From Octopus bimaculoides (Eukaryota), in contig NC_068982.1 of NCBI RefSeq assembly GCF_001194135.2, forward strand, positions 97,765,404 to 97,829,403: a stretch of DNA of 64,000 bases. The letters are read 5' to 3'. Shown piece after piece: positions 12,161-26,439 of the stretch (positions are counted from its first letter, which is position 1; every line of letters starts with the position of its first letter). The notes beneath the pieces were generated by a model, which ran no database searches, was not told the DNA's origin, and saw only the letters and a program-made list of their open reading frames with translations. Made by a program: the position numbers and the translations under genes.

Positions 12161-12507
12161 GACTCTTAGTTACGTGATTTTGATTTCGAGTTCAATTCCC
12201 ATTGACTTCCACTATGTCACTCCTCCAAAATCACAGAATTAATAATGGTTAAGTACTGGTTCAATTTTATCGACCATATCCTCTCCCCTAAAGTTCTGAT
12301 CTAGAGCCCTTTTAGAAATCATTGCATATATATATGTACAATGATTTCTAGCATGTGCTTTAGATCGAGGTTTTAGGAGAGAGAATATGGTCGATAAAAT
12401 CGGACCAGTACTTAACTAATACTAATTTTATGGATCTTTGAAAAATGACAATCAAAGTGGAAGTCAAAGGGGTTTGAACTCGGAATTAAGTCACGTAAGT
12501 AAAAGCC
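12161..12507. repeat. 347-bp imperfect palindrome made of two tail-to-tail SINE-like arms
   Basis: The arms are reverse complements (ttacgtga..gagttcaa..ttgacttccact..gttaagtactgg..ttttatcgaccatat..). The centre is TAGAAATCATTG-catatatatatgta-CAATGATTTCTA, a perfect 12-bp inverted repeat. Confidence 0.8.
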
Positions 12508-13185
12508 ATACTATATTTTTCTTTTGCTGCTACAATGTTCTACAGAATATATCCAGAAATGTTAAGCCAGCATTGAATGTGTTGTCAGATATCAACATCT
12601 TGTACGTACAAGAGTAGTATCTTTTATCTTTTTGCTTTGTTCATTCTGTCAATCAATCACCTGAAGTTCTTCAAAGATCAGTCAGTTAAATCGTTAACGG
12701 TATGATTGGTTTAGACTATTGGAACCACTTAAAGGTATTACATATTATATTGTTTTCAAAAGAGTGCCAAAGTATTTATCTTTTTTGTTATGTGTAACTT
12801 GTATCAAGGTCGCCACTCCAAAATGGCAAAATCAAGTTGAGAATCATGTATGAGTAGGTCTTCAAAATACTAGAACTTGTGTAACAGCTAAATCTTAATA
12901 CATCAATCTAATAACCAATGACAATGTCGTATCAGTTTGTCCAGCTCCATTCAATAATGACACAATCTCAAATCTAAAAGAAAACAATCTTCACAGATTC
13001 AAATTTCGATCAGTTTTTCTTGGCAAACTAACCGAAGGAAGAAAAAAATCGTTAAATGGAGAACGATAAGAGAATAATAGTAACGAAGAGTTTAAATGTT
13101 TTCAAATAATATGTGTGTGTAAGGGAGAGAAAGAGGGATAGACAGAGAGAAATAGAAATAGATAGAGTGAGAGAGAAAGAAAGAG

Positions 13186-13262
<77 letters not shown>

Positions 13263-13299
13263 TGTGCACGCGTGTGTGTATGCGTGTGTATCATTGAGT

Positions 13300-13510
13300 T
13301 TGAGTTTGTCCTCCCCACCGCTTGAGAATCGGTGTTGGTTTGTTTACCTCCCTGTAAACACGCAGTTTGGCAAAAGAAGGCGATAGATTAAGTACGAGAA
13401 TTTAAAAAAATGTTTTTTTTTTTTGTAGATTTGTTCGTCTAAACTCTTCAAGGCGATGCCCCAGCATAGCAGCAGTCCTATCACAGAAAAAAAGTAAAGA
13501 TAAAAGATTT
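13300..13510 (+). mobile_element. Diverged SINE family A 3' half
   Basis: Follows (GT)n as in family A; tgtttacctccctgtaa..ttggcaaaaga..gatgccccagcatagcagcagtc..aaaagataaaagat tail. Confidence 0.6.
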
Positions 13511-14204
13511 AAAAAAATAAAAATAAAGAATAATATCTGGAATGGGCAAAGTTTTCCAAGTTTCAGTATAACTTTGAATAGCTAAACGATGCCATTAAAT
13601 TATCCATGACCAGAATCACAAACTCTGTAACCGTTTAATTTTTTTGCAAACGGGTAATTAGCCCTAAAATTTAGTCAAAAGAAAAAAAACTGCAGTAGGA
13701 ATATCAGACTCAGCCACACATGTAATATTTCTTTCACTCCAAGAAACCAAACTGCTTCAACTGAGAAAAACAGTTCAATGGTTATGTAATACACTACATC
13801 ACTCTTGTAGCCAAGTGGGACATCTAGAAAATCATTCAGTTGTTAAATTCTAACATGTTTTGGTAAAGAACTTTGAAAATCTAAAATGCTTGTTAAAAAT
13901 CTGCTGAAACAAAACTAAATTTTGATTTTTTTTTTTTTCATTTTCTCGTTTCTCTTACTCTAGGCAAGTATAGATTGAGAAAACCTATGATCGAACGCGT
14001 TGCAGCTACGACCATCATTGTAGTTTTAAGTATAGCGTATCAAAAATTACATCACCCAATCTGCCCTTTCTATTTTAAGGTGGCATTGTGTGGTTTCTGA
14101 TAGACTTGGAGGCTATATTTAGTAAGTCGAGCAACTTGGTTGGCTCTTTATATTTTGGTGGAATGGAACTGGGCATTTACTACATGCGTGAAATCGTTTA
14201 TCTG

Positions 14205-14451
14205 TTATTTTACTTGTTTTAGTCCATTAGGCTGCTGTCTTACTGGGGCACCGGTTTGAAGAATTTTAGTCGAACTAATCGACCCCGGGATTTATTTTTT
14301 TAAAGTCTGGTACTTATTTTATCTGTTCCTTTTATTCGAACAGCTAGGTTACAAGGACGTAAACACACCAACACCGGTTATCAAGCGACGGTAGAAGACA
14401 AAAACTGACGCAAAGACACACACACACACACATAAATATATATATATATAC

Positions 14452-14484
<33 letters not shown>

Positions 14485-14668
14485 TGTATGTATGTATATA
14501 TGTATGAATGTACGTACAAACGACGGGCTTCTTTCAGTTTCCGTCAACCAAATCCACTCACAAAGCTTTGGAAGCTATAAAGGAAGACATTTACCCAAGG
14601 TGCTACCTAGTGGGACTGAACTAGGAACCATATGGTTGGGGAACAAACTTTTTACCACAGAGCCACGA
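14205..14668 (-). mobile_element. Near full-length older SINE family A with internal (AC)/(TATG) microsatellite
   Basis: Both halves match 35924-36544 in reverse; the head keeps tggctctgtgg (A box) and ggttcctagttcagtccc (B box region). Confidence 0.75.
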
Positions 14669-15678
14669 TGAGTATGGAATGTATCATTTTAATTGTTCTA
14701 TTTCTTTTATTTACAGTTTAAAATATCAACATCTTTATTTAAAACCTGTTCAAAGATACACTGCATCATCGCTGATTGCAATGTTAAACATTTGTAGTAT
14801 TTGACAGTATTTCAAAACATTGGAAATACAACAGAATAGCAGAATTGTTTGTCTGTCAGATGAGATGTCTTATGTCATTTGTTCCAGTTCATTGCACCCT
14901 TCGATGGTAGACTTAACCCGTCAGGAATTTTAACATCAATATCCGCCTTTAGTGGATTTAAGTCAGTTACAAGCCTTCGGGTTGGGTATCTGGTTTTAGA
15001 AAAAAACTTCTCTTTGTCCCATTCGTCTCGAGGTCCCTGAAAAAATAAAGAGTAATGACAACTGCCCTTTCTTCCCCGACTAAGCGGTAATAAATATCCT
15101 TTGCCCATGAGTTATATTGATATGAAGGAAGAAGTTGAAAGTAAGCGAATGCCTTCTGGCTGGAGCGTTTGAGTCACGGTTGTAAGGTAGATTTGTTTCC
15201 TGGATCAAGTGGTACATCGTTTCACGTACTCTTGTTTATTCAAATGAAAATGAACACAGGCCAAGCTCTGGTGTAGTTCGTCATCTCTTCTCCTCCAGCT
15301 GTCACAATATCAATGTTCCGCAGGATCGTGAATAGAAAGACCGAGGAGGGGGTCCATATCGACCCATCAATAAATAGGAACCTTAAAACGAAACAATTGC
15401 CGAAGCATGATACATGCTATCCAGTCATACTCGGCTGCAGTTGACAACAACGGGATTTAAATTTTTTTTTTTTGTTTTTGCTTTCATTTTTCTTAAGGTA
15501 ATAAAATTTTGTTGCATAATGTTTTGGTCTTGTGGAATCCTTCGCTGTAGAACAAGAATTGGCGGAGAGTAGTACTCAACTTCAGTTATTGTATTACAAT
15601 AAATTGTCCTTGATTTCGTTTTTGTTGTTTGGAGACACTCACTACTTTGAACGTTATATATCACGGATGATAGACATA

Positions 15679-15870
15679 CAGAGTGGGCCAAAAGTCACTC
15701 ACAAAATAAGTTCGATACGCCCCAGAATTGTCAAAGATATGCTTCAGTTTTTCTAAAATTGAATGAAATACAATAAAATAAATGATGAATACACACTTTA
15801 TTGTACATGATGAACAAAATAATAGTAAAATATGTCAAATGTTTTGGTGCTTGACTTTTGGCCAACCCTG
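15679..15870. mobile_element. Tc1/mariner-type MITE, 192 bp
   Basis: TIRs CAGAGTGGGCCAAAAGTCA and (reverse complement) CAGGGTTGGCCAAAAGTCA; TA on both flanks (15677-78, 15871-72). Confidence 0.75.
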
Positions 15871-16744
15871 TATTTCAAAGAATACTATTATCTGACGACT
15901 CAGGTTCCACACACTACCATTGCACGTCTTGGAAGACTATTCGATTCATAAAAAATACCAGTAACAGATGGTGGATAATTCAAATTCCACTAAATTTTTC
16001 TGTTAGCTAATTCAATTTATTATATATTCAGGCACAACAGCAATATATATGATTGACGTATCACTTGGTTACATACATAGTTTATATACATAACTACCAG
16101 CAACATATCGAGGGTATTCAATGTAATATACTCCGTCCTTTCCTGACACTGCTTTAGCGATTTACCAGATTCAGTAATTACATATTATTGCAACTGCAAT
16201 CATCATTATCGTGGTCATCATCATCATCATCATCGTCGTCGTCGTCGGTGGCGTTGGCAGCGTTGGCAGTGTTGGCGGCTTCGGTGGCGTCGGCGGCGTC
16301 GATGTCGTCGACATCGTCATCAACATGTTATCTGGTTGTTATTCTCTAGTTCACCATTGATATTGTTATTCTCTTAGTTTTACATAAAAGAAACTTCTTT
16401 CATTGCACAGTTCATATATTTTCTATATATAAGCTTTGTTATAGAATCTTCACCCAATCCACTCATTCACCTACACATTCGTCTGTCTGCCTCTGTTACT
16501 CCTCCTCATGCTTCATCTCATCTTGATTTTTCTTTCTGTCATGTTTGTTTACTGACATACACTAAATAAAAGAAACCGCTATTATTTCCGCTATTTTGCT
16601 GTTGTTTTCTTTATACCTTCACCCCTAATGCTCTGTAGAACTCCAAGGTGGGACATCCACCGACCGCATTGCCCGACTGACGGGCCTGCCTCAGTCCTCG
16701 CTTGGTCCAGGAATAATAATAGCAACAACAACAACAATAATAAT

Positions 16745-16966
16745 TTAAACTATCCTTTCTACTATAGGCACAAATCCTAAAATTTTGGGAGAGAAGGCTA
16801 GTCGATTGCATCAACACCAGTACGCAAATGGTACTTCTTTTATCGATCTCAACCGGACAAGAGGCAAAGTCGATCTCGGCGGAATTTGAATTCAGAACGT
16901 AAAGACGGGCGAAATGCCACCAAGCTTTTTGCTCGGCGTGCTAACGAATCTACCAGCTCATCGTCT
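16745..16966 (-). mobile_element. SINE family B
   Basis: Matches 4964-5181 (gatctcggcggaatttgaattcagaacg..gctaacgaatctaccagctc), with a (TTA/TTG)n tail on the left. Confidence 0.75.
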
Positions 16967-18092
16967 GCAAAGAAAGCAAAGTTGGTAAGATACGACCAAA
17001 GAATGAAGGATTACCACCAGAATAGAGTATTCAGAGGAAATCAGAAGAGATTCTATAAAGAAATAAATGGAGAGTGTACAGATGAAAAGTTGATACCAGA
17101 TAACATCGAAAGTCAAAGGTTTTGGAGTGACATCTGGCGCAAAGACAAGGAACACAAGAAAGATGCTGAATGGTTGCAAGAACCGAAACAAACAGCAGTG
17201 TATCCAAAACAGGCTGAACTAGTCATTTCAGTTAGGGAAGTGAAGGAAATCAGCAAAAAAATGAGCAACTGGAAGGCCCCAGGACCACATGGAGTTCAAG
17301 GCTACTGGATCAAAAGATTTGGTGAATGTCATGCACGAATAGCTGCGCAACTCAGTACCTTGTTAAATGCCGACCAAGTAACAGCAGAGTACTTGACATT
17401 TGGTAGGACAGTGCTGTGCTTGAAAAACATCGAAAAAGGCAATACAATAAACAATTACAGGCCGATATCCTGTTTGCCACTTATGCGGAAGTTATTGACT
17501 GGAATACTCGCAGAGTCAATGTACAAACATAGGGGGAAAATGGAGTCCTGCCACATGAGCAGAAAGGTTACAAGCGTAAGTGCAGAGGTACTAAGGATCA
17601 ACTCCTGATAGGCAAAACTGTACTTGGAGACTGTAAGAGGAGGAAAATAACTTAGCTATGTCATGGATCGACTATCGTAAGGCGTACGATATGATCTCAG
17701 ATTCTTGGATTATGGAGTGTATGAACCTATTTGGTATTGCATCGAATGTTGAGCGATTGCTTGGAAAAAGTATGGCGAATTGAGAGGACGGACCTGACAG
17801 CATACGGAAGAAGTTTAGGGACACTAGAAATTAGGAGGGGCATCTTCCAAGGGAACTGCCTATCCCCACTGATCTTTGTACTGTGCTTGATACCACTAAC
17901 ACTGATTCTGAGGAAAGCAAATGCTGGTTATGTATTCAAAAGCCACCAACAAAAAGTCAACCATTTGTTATTCGTGGATGACCTCAAACTTTATGGTAAA
18001 GATGAATCCCAGGTCAGTTCCCTCGTCGATACGGTGTATAATTTCAGTGCTGATATCAGAATGGAGTTCGGACTGAGAAAGTGTGTTGTGTT
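16967..18092 (+). mobile_element. R4/Dong-like LINE, reverse transcriptase fragment
   Basis: [50 protein letters not shown] and HLLFVDDLKLYGK; frameshifted and truncated at both ends. Confidence 0.9.
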
Positions 18093-18094
18093 AG

Positions 18095-18125
<31 letters not shown>

Positions 18126-18130
18126 TATCG

Positions 18131-18161
<31 letters not shown>

Positions 18162-18194
18162 CCTCATCATCATCACCATCATCCTTATTTTCTT

Positions 18195-19697
18195 TTAATC
18201 TACGTGTTTGATGCAACCACTTGTCGGGCCACAACCAAACCCTAAGGTAAATGAAAGATAAGCGATGTTTAGATGTAAGTGAAAGTTTGAGAAAGGAAAG
18301 TAGGGAGGGCTGTATAGAAATACATTCGTATAATACAACATAATATGAACATTTAAATTGATTGGGTCTTTCTAAGAGTGTGGGTAGTGTTTGTTAACAC
18401 AATCTTTTGGATTACTTTGAGACATGGTTCTCTTGGGATATTCTCAAGATGTTTCTGACATCCCATTTTTTATCATACCAAGGGCACCTACAATAACAGG
18501 GACAGTTTTTATTTAAAACACCACATCTTTTGAATTTACGGGTCCTTATATTTACTAAGCTTGTCAAATTCCTTGACAGCTATATTTTTATCAGTAGAAA
18601 GACTTATATCTGCCGGTCAACAGGTATTTTCTTCTCAGTCTTTAAAAATTGTGTGGTCGATCAACCTCAGTTGTCCTGTCAGTGTTGACCAGAAAATTCC
18701 AGAGGATGGTGACATTTTTCACACTCAACCACTGGCTCAGGATGGCGTCCCTACCACTTAGCAAGAGTATTTGGTAGTGCTTACATATCTTCCAATATAA
18801 ATATTGTCCTAATCTATCATGGTGATTCTTATTTCCGTTTGGTGTTAGCACAGGACAGTCCGAAACGAGGTGGCCTATTGTTTTATCAAGTGAGTTGCAG
18901 AATCTGCATTTTGGGTCAGCACCGTTTTTAATTACACTGACCCGTGTAATTTCTGGTGAACAAGCTTTGGTCTTCTACAGCATGTATGAAACCTTCCGTT
19001 TCTGCTTTCAACCCCGAAATTCTCAACTACTGATGAATTCTTGCCTGGACAACATCAACATTTTGACTTCGGAAAATATACTGTCCATGGAAGACCTTCT
19101 GACTCCAGCGTTCATCAAGTTGTTTCTGTTCATTTTTTTTAGCTCTCAGTTTGATTCGTTTTACTTTCTTGGTAGCAGTAGTTTCAAGTTCATCCAGAAT
19201 CAACGTCAAGTCCCCTTGCGAATTTACAAGCTTCCTTGACAATAGAGTGCAACTTTTTTCTGCTTTCATGTTCGTACACAAGCTTTCATGTTCGTACACA
19301 GAGGTTCGTACACAAGCTTCAGTATCTAGATAGGTAACTGCTCATTTCTTTTGCAGAGGTTTTATAGTAGAGTTCTAATTGCATCATTCTTCACCCCTCC
19401 ACTGTTTCTGCTGGAGTTCTGTAGGATTCCAATAAATGATATTAAAACTGTACAAGACTGGTGGGATTGCTGTAGCGTTAATGGCCTCGATGCGATTATT
19501 AAGGTTAAATTCAGTCTTCAATACAAGTCTTATTCTCCTGTAGTAACTCTTTGTTCTTTCTGCCTTCACAGTGGCAAGACTTCGTTAAAATCCAGTATTT
19601 ATGAATATCTTGTGGGGTTAAGATCCTCGATGATAGTGTCGATAGCTAATTTAATGGACGCTGCTTCTCTGAGCTTGCCTCTAACAAAAGCTGCTTT
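18195..19697 (-). mobile_element. R4-clade RLE LINE 3' portion (different subfamily)
   Basis: YYRRIRLVLKTEFNLNNRIEAINATAIP, HGQY, HHDRLGQYLYWKICKHY, DRPHN, and PVIVGALG..HTLRK at the C-terminus. (TAA)n lies at the 5' junction. Confidence 0.8.
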
Positions 19698-19719
19698 ATT
19701 ACTATTACTATTATTATTA

Positions 19720-19761
<42 letters not shown>

Positions 19762-20260
19762 GCTACAAGGGCGATGGATGAAGAGGACAGTTAAAAACAT
19801 ATAAAGTATGGAGATTTACATAGGAAATCGAATAACAAAAAGTATATAAACTAACAATCTTTATATCTTACTTAATGTAGACACAAAAAAATAAAATAAA
19901 ATATAAAATCGATGATATAAAAGTACGCATGGTATACGAATATTGGAGGATGATGATGATAGTAATGACGATGGCGGTGACGATGATAATGATGATGATG
20001 AGGCGGAGGAGGGGAAGAGGGGAGGAGAAGGAGGAGCTGAATGAGGATGAATATCCTCTTGATACAGGAGAACCTCCATCTGGGAATCCCACATTTCCAA
20101 GATCAGTCTGAACTCCAAGTGCAGGGTCTATAGGGTGCTCCTGAGCTCGAGCATTTGTAAGGGATCTCATACCCACACAGCCTAAGGGTGTGTGTCGAGT
20201 TACGAACCCTAGGACGCTCCATGTTCCCACCTGAATACATAAATACATTACATATATATA

Positions 20261-20301
<41 letters not shown>

Positions 20302-20318
20302 ATCTATATATCTATATA

Positions 20319-20589
20319 CCAACTATTCTGATTATATGTCTGTGCACACGTTTGAATGTGGCGTGTGCCAGAGGGCTTGCAAATCCAATGGTGGTCTTAA
20401 AAGACATGTTAGGATCCACAATGAGCAGAACTTACTTGCAGGTATTGGTAGTTCAAATCAGAGGTGCAATCTGTGTGGGTGTTTTTTCAAAACATTGTCT
20501 GGTTTAAAAAGCCACATCAGACGCCATGAAAGGGCTAAGGTGTAGGTACAGGAGGTGGTCAAACTCTGTGTAAGGAGTAGACAACTACC
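20319..20589 (+). mobile_element. Second copy of the zinc-finger 3' end (two fingers, stop codon, short 3'UTR, TA-rich tail)
   Basis: 9 differences from 2360-2575 over about 215 bp by manual comparison. Ends HERAKV*, then GGAGGTGGTCAAACTCTG..GACAACTACC and (TA)-rich sequence. Confidence 0.65.
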
Positions 20590-21660
20590 ATATATCTATA
20601 TACCTACATATATATATACACACATAAGTTCATATATACTTGCACACATACACACATATGTTCATACATAGATACATACAAATATAGGAACAGGCATACA
20701 TACGTACATATGTACACACGTACATACATACCTATGCGTATATCTGTTGTTGACATCACATTTGCTAGCTTGAATGTAAAATATATATTACAAATGGCGA
20801 ACTAAGTTTCTTTTATGATGACACTTGAAATGACTTCATTGTAGCTACATATACATTATGCATACATACAAACATATAGAAACATATATGTATATGTATA
20901 TATANNNNNNNNNNNNNNNNNNNNNNNNNNNNNNNNNNNNNNNNNNNNNNNNNNNNNNNNNNNNNNNNNNNNNNNNNNNNNNNNNNNNNNNNNNNNNNNN
21001 NNNNNNNNNNNNNNNNNNNNNNNNNNNNNNNNNNNNNNNNNNNNNNNNNNNNNNNNNNNNNNNNNNNNNNNNNNNNNNNNNNNNNNNNNNNNNNNNNNNN
21101 NNNNNNNNNNNNNNNNNNNNNNNNNNNNNNNNNNNNNNNNNNNNNNNNNNNNNNNNNNNNNNNNNNNNNNNNNNNNNNNNNNNNNNNNNNNNNNNNNNNN
21201 NNNNNNNNNNNNNNNNNNNNNNNNNNNNNNNNNNNNNNNNNNNNNNNNNNNNNNNNNNNNNNNNNNNNNNNNNNNNNNNNNNNNNNNNNNNNNNNNNNNN
21301 NNNNNNNNNNNNNNNNNNNNNNNNNNNNNNNNNNNNNNNNNNNNNNNNNNNNNNNNNNNNNNNNNNNNNNNNNNNNNNNNNNNNNNNNNNNNNNNNNNNN
21401 NNNNNNNNNNNNNNNNNNNNNNNNNNNNNNNNNNNNNNNNNNNNNNNNNNNNNNNNNNNNNNNNNNNNNNNNNNNNNNNNNNNNNNNNNNNNNNNNNNNN
21501 NNNNNNNNNNNNNNNNNNNNNNNNNNNNNNNNNNNNNNNNNNNNNNNNNNNNNNNNNNNNNNNNNNNNNNNNNNNNNNNNNNNNNNNNNNNNNNNNNNNN
21601 NNNNNNNNNNNNNNNNNNNNNNNNNNNNNNNNNNNNNNNNNNNNNNNNNNNNNNNNNNNN

Positions 21661-21711
<51 letters not shown>

Positions 21712-21838
21712 TGTGTTGTGTGCGTATCTGTCTGTGTCAGTGGGAATGTTTTATATTATATTCCATCAAATTTCTTTCCTTCTGCTGTAATTTTCTTTCC
21801 AGGAGTTTGCATTCATTTTTAGAGATATTTTTGCCAAA

Positions 21839-22830
<992 letters not shown>

Positions 22831-22953
22831 GCCTGTTGTTGTTTACTTCACATCGACTCAGTTTTTCTTTTGTCTGAGACAAACAATGACATCAAGATGA
22901 AAAACAACGAAATTATATACATATGTATGTATAAACGCACACATACACACACA

Positions 22954-22998
<45 letters not shown>

Positions 22999-24409
22999 AC
23001 GCAGGTGTACACACATATATCTCCATATCCTGACAATTCTTATTATTTGAAGTATATTGTGTAGTGAGCACCATTGTATAAATGTTAGCTTCCGATGAAT
23101 CTATTTCACTTCACTTGCAGGCTTTAATACCTTTTCTATTTTTTTGTATAAAACATGAATACCACACAATCTTCTTTGAAAATATTTTTCAAATATATGA
23201 CTGAGTGTCGCTGTCAGTAATCCATATGTAGACATATATTGGCAGGGACATATAGTGTAGATAAGCGTTTAATGTGGTGAGTTTGCGATCCAGTTTCGAT
23301 TTCCAATAGTGGTCATTTCACTGTACAGTGTCATTGATGCTCTTGAGAAAAGCATTTACGTCACACAAAACTCATTTCAACATTTCCCTCGTGAGACTTT
23401 GCAGCCTGTGTACAGGATATAGACTACGTACTTGATAACCTAACTCCTTGAAAGTTTTATCATTAAAACTTTTGGTGTTTATCAACAAAAGTTTGATGGA
23501 ATAATTACGCATTTAAAGGGTATTTACGTCATCAATAATTCTGTGAATTATACTATTGAAAAGTTTTCAAAGATTGACGTAGCAAGAATTGGTGTGGAGG
23601 AAGAAACAAGAATACCAGATTATATTCATTAACGTCATTATTTTCTTTCTTTTTCTACATTTTTCTTCCTTTTTAGTGGGTTTTATATCCTGCTCGTGTC
23701 AATTATCCCAACCCATTTTTGTTTTATTAGTTAACAAACCTGCATCAAGTAATCACGGTGTCAACTTGAAAGTTCAGGAGTATGGAGCTACTCAAAAGTT
23801 GCTTCTAATCTCAGGTGTGCTATCTCGTATCTAGTGTCTGGTGTCTGGTCATTGTCAATGATCCCAGTATGGGTCAAAGAGTAGATGATGATTCTGTGCC
23901 TAAGGCATACAGATTTCGGAGGAAAGATGTCCTCCAGACATGTATCACACGGATCCACCGGTGAGTTGGTATGCCCTAATGTTGTGTGACTCATTTCCCT
24001 TGACTAAGAGTTAAATACGCCCTGCGGTGAATGGGAGACTTCAATAGGCCTTGGGCGATCGGGGGACTAAGAGAGTAAATTATGAATACACCGTGAGTAG
24101 ATTATATCTCCCCCACCACCACCACCAAAACGCATGAGCCTTCAAACTTTCGAATGGAGATCCATGATCACCGACACTATTAAAATATGTATAGTACATG
24201 AAGAGATTAAGAGAGGGAGAAAGAATAAGAGAGGGGGAGAGAGAAAATAGTAGCTAACGATCCAAATTACACCATTTCTCTCTTTCGCTCTTCTTCACTC
24301 CTCACGAAGGACAAGAACGGAAAATACTAAACTATTCTCTCCACAGTTACACTAATTAAATTGATTAAACTCTTATGTAACTCCCAAAAAGGATAAAGCT
24401 CCTTTCGAG

Positions 24410-24628
24410 TAATATAGACTCATGGGGCCGGTTTCCCGGTTTCTGTGGAGTATATATTCCCCACCTGGACGGGACGCCGATTTGTCGCAAGATTACTCAT
24501 TTTTGCCAGCTGAACTGGAGCAACGTGAAATGAAGTCTTTTATTCATGAACCTAAGGACGCATAGCCTGGTCTAAGAATTGAAATCGCTGTCCAACAATT
24601 TAACCACAAAGCCACGTGCCTTCACTTA
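24410..24628 (-). mobile_element. tRNA-derived SINE (family D)
   Basis: Minus-strand head GAAGGCACGTGGCTTTGTGGTTAA; central CATTTCACGTTGCTCCAGTTCAGCTG shared with the 27080-27418 copy. Confidence 0.6.
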
Positions 24629-26439
24629 TATAAACTAATTATTTCTATCATAGACTTCCTGATTTACCCTTTCCTTTCTATTCTTCTCAAGTCGATGCCA
24701 TAAATTTTTATTATTGTTGCTGTTATCTAGCTTCAAGTCAGCCCTGATATATTTGACTCATGATTAAAACCGCTCCAGATGTGAGCCTCGCGTATTTCTT
24801 TTCAGACTCAATATATTAAGGACTACATTATCCAATGGTTCTTCTCTTTTTTAAGACAAAAAAGTGTGATTTGTGAATATTTGGCTTCTATTCCTTGCAG
24901 GTTAGACGACTACAAATAGGTCCTCCGTTTGCTTGACAAAGCTATTATTTCTGTGGTCGTGCTGATTGACTCTACCACACTGAGTATAGTTAAAAAATAT
25001 ATTAATATTTCATGATATGTACATATTTCATTAAATAGTTTATCAGTTAAAGCATTACGTTGTTGTTAAGGTTTCGAATGCAGAAACATTCAATTTTTTA
25101 GTAAAATTTTCTTTAATCTGTTTGAAACAATCGATGAAGGTTGATTTGTGTTACGACATGGACTAGAAGCAGAAAGCTAAGTTTTGTGTTTCTTGTTTTG
25201 TTCTTGCTCAACTCTTCCATCATATTTTAAAGTGCATAAATATCTATCTCTACAATAAATATATCCAAACATTACATAAATGGCCAACTCTCCTTCTTAA
25301 CTTACATATATAATGTTTTTTCTTGCTCCCATAAACTCAATAATTGTTAGTAACCATACATCCATCGTTAATCGTACAATTTATTAACTGTACGCCAGAC
25401 TACCGCTACGCATAATATCCAGCGTACTAAGAAAACAGTGAAACCACAACAATAAGTTCTCCTTAAAATGAAGAATAATAAAACGATAAAAATATCAAAC
25501 TGAATAAAAAATTAATTATACATTTACAACATAAATGTAATACTGCTGCTCCTTAACTCCCAATATGGCTAGGGACAATGATACCGCCAGAACCAAACGA
25601 AACTGGGCAGAATATAATGTCAATACTCTTATGAGCACTTGGTTCACTTAAACAAACACAATGAAATTGATGCTAATATCTGCAACACGATTATCGGGAA
25701 ATTCGTCTATCTCTTATGACAATATTCGAGACAAATTGAAAACAAAATTAAAGAAATCATTAGATGATATTACGTAGTTCGTAAACACGTGGAGAAGCTC
25801 GAAATAATGGTAATCATAAAGAAAACAACAACGTTAATGACTAATCTGACTTTATTTCAGACAGTCAACATAGCAGTAACAACAACATCCTAATTAATGT
25901 GCCAAACGAAATGGCCTGTACGTGATCGTTCTATCTGCATGAAATAGCAGCCAAATCTTCAAGTTACATCTTACCTTCATAATAAAAAGGAAAACATATT
26001 CAACAATGTAGTCATAAATAGATAAAAAAAAACAAATTGATCATGGCTAGAACGCTTATGGTCATAGGCCTCAATCGTCAATGAGCTGGTGTTAATACTA
26101 AATTAACACCCTGAAGAAGTTAGTATCACCAATTCTTTAGTAAACGATCCCAATTTAAGTATTCGTAGATAGCCAATAACTGAGACTATGAACAACCTTA
26201 CCTCACATCACCTTCAAATTTACCCCCTGCTGCTGCAACAAGTCACCCCACTTGTAGTCTCTGAACATACTAATAATAGATACAAATACTCAACTCAGCT
26301 AAACACCAGTGATCAATAATTCATTATTGTTTTCCGGTCTCACAAATTTACTCTTGGAGCTTTTTTGAGACCATTCAGCTCTGATGCGAAAATACTCGAA
26401 TATATTGAGTTCATGTACTTTCATAAAGATTAGTGTGTT

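Noticed and set aside
19262-19320. 20-bp tandem duplication inside a LINE fragment; also a 10-bp triplet at 55566-55595
   Set aside because: Ordinary post-insertion slippage in dead elements.
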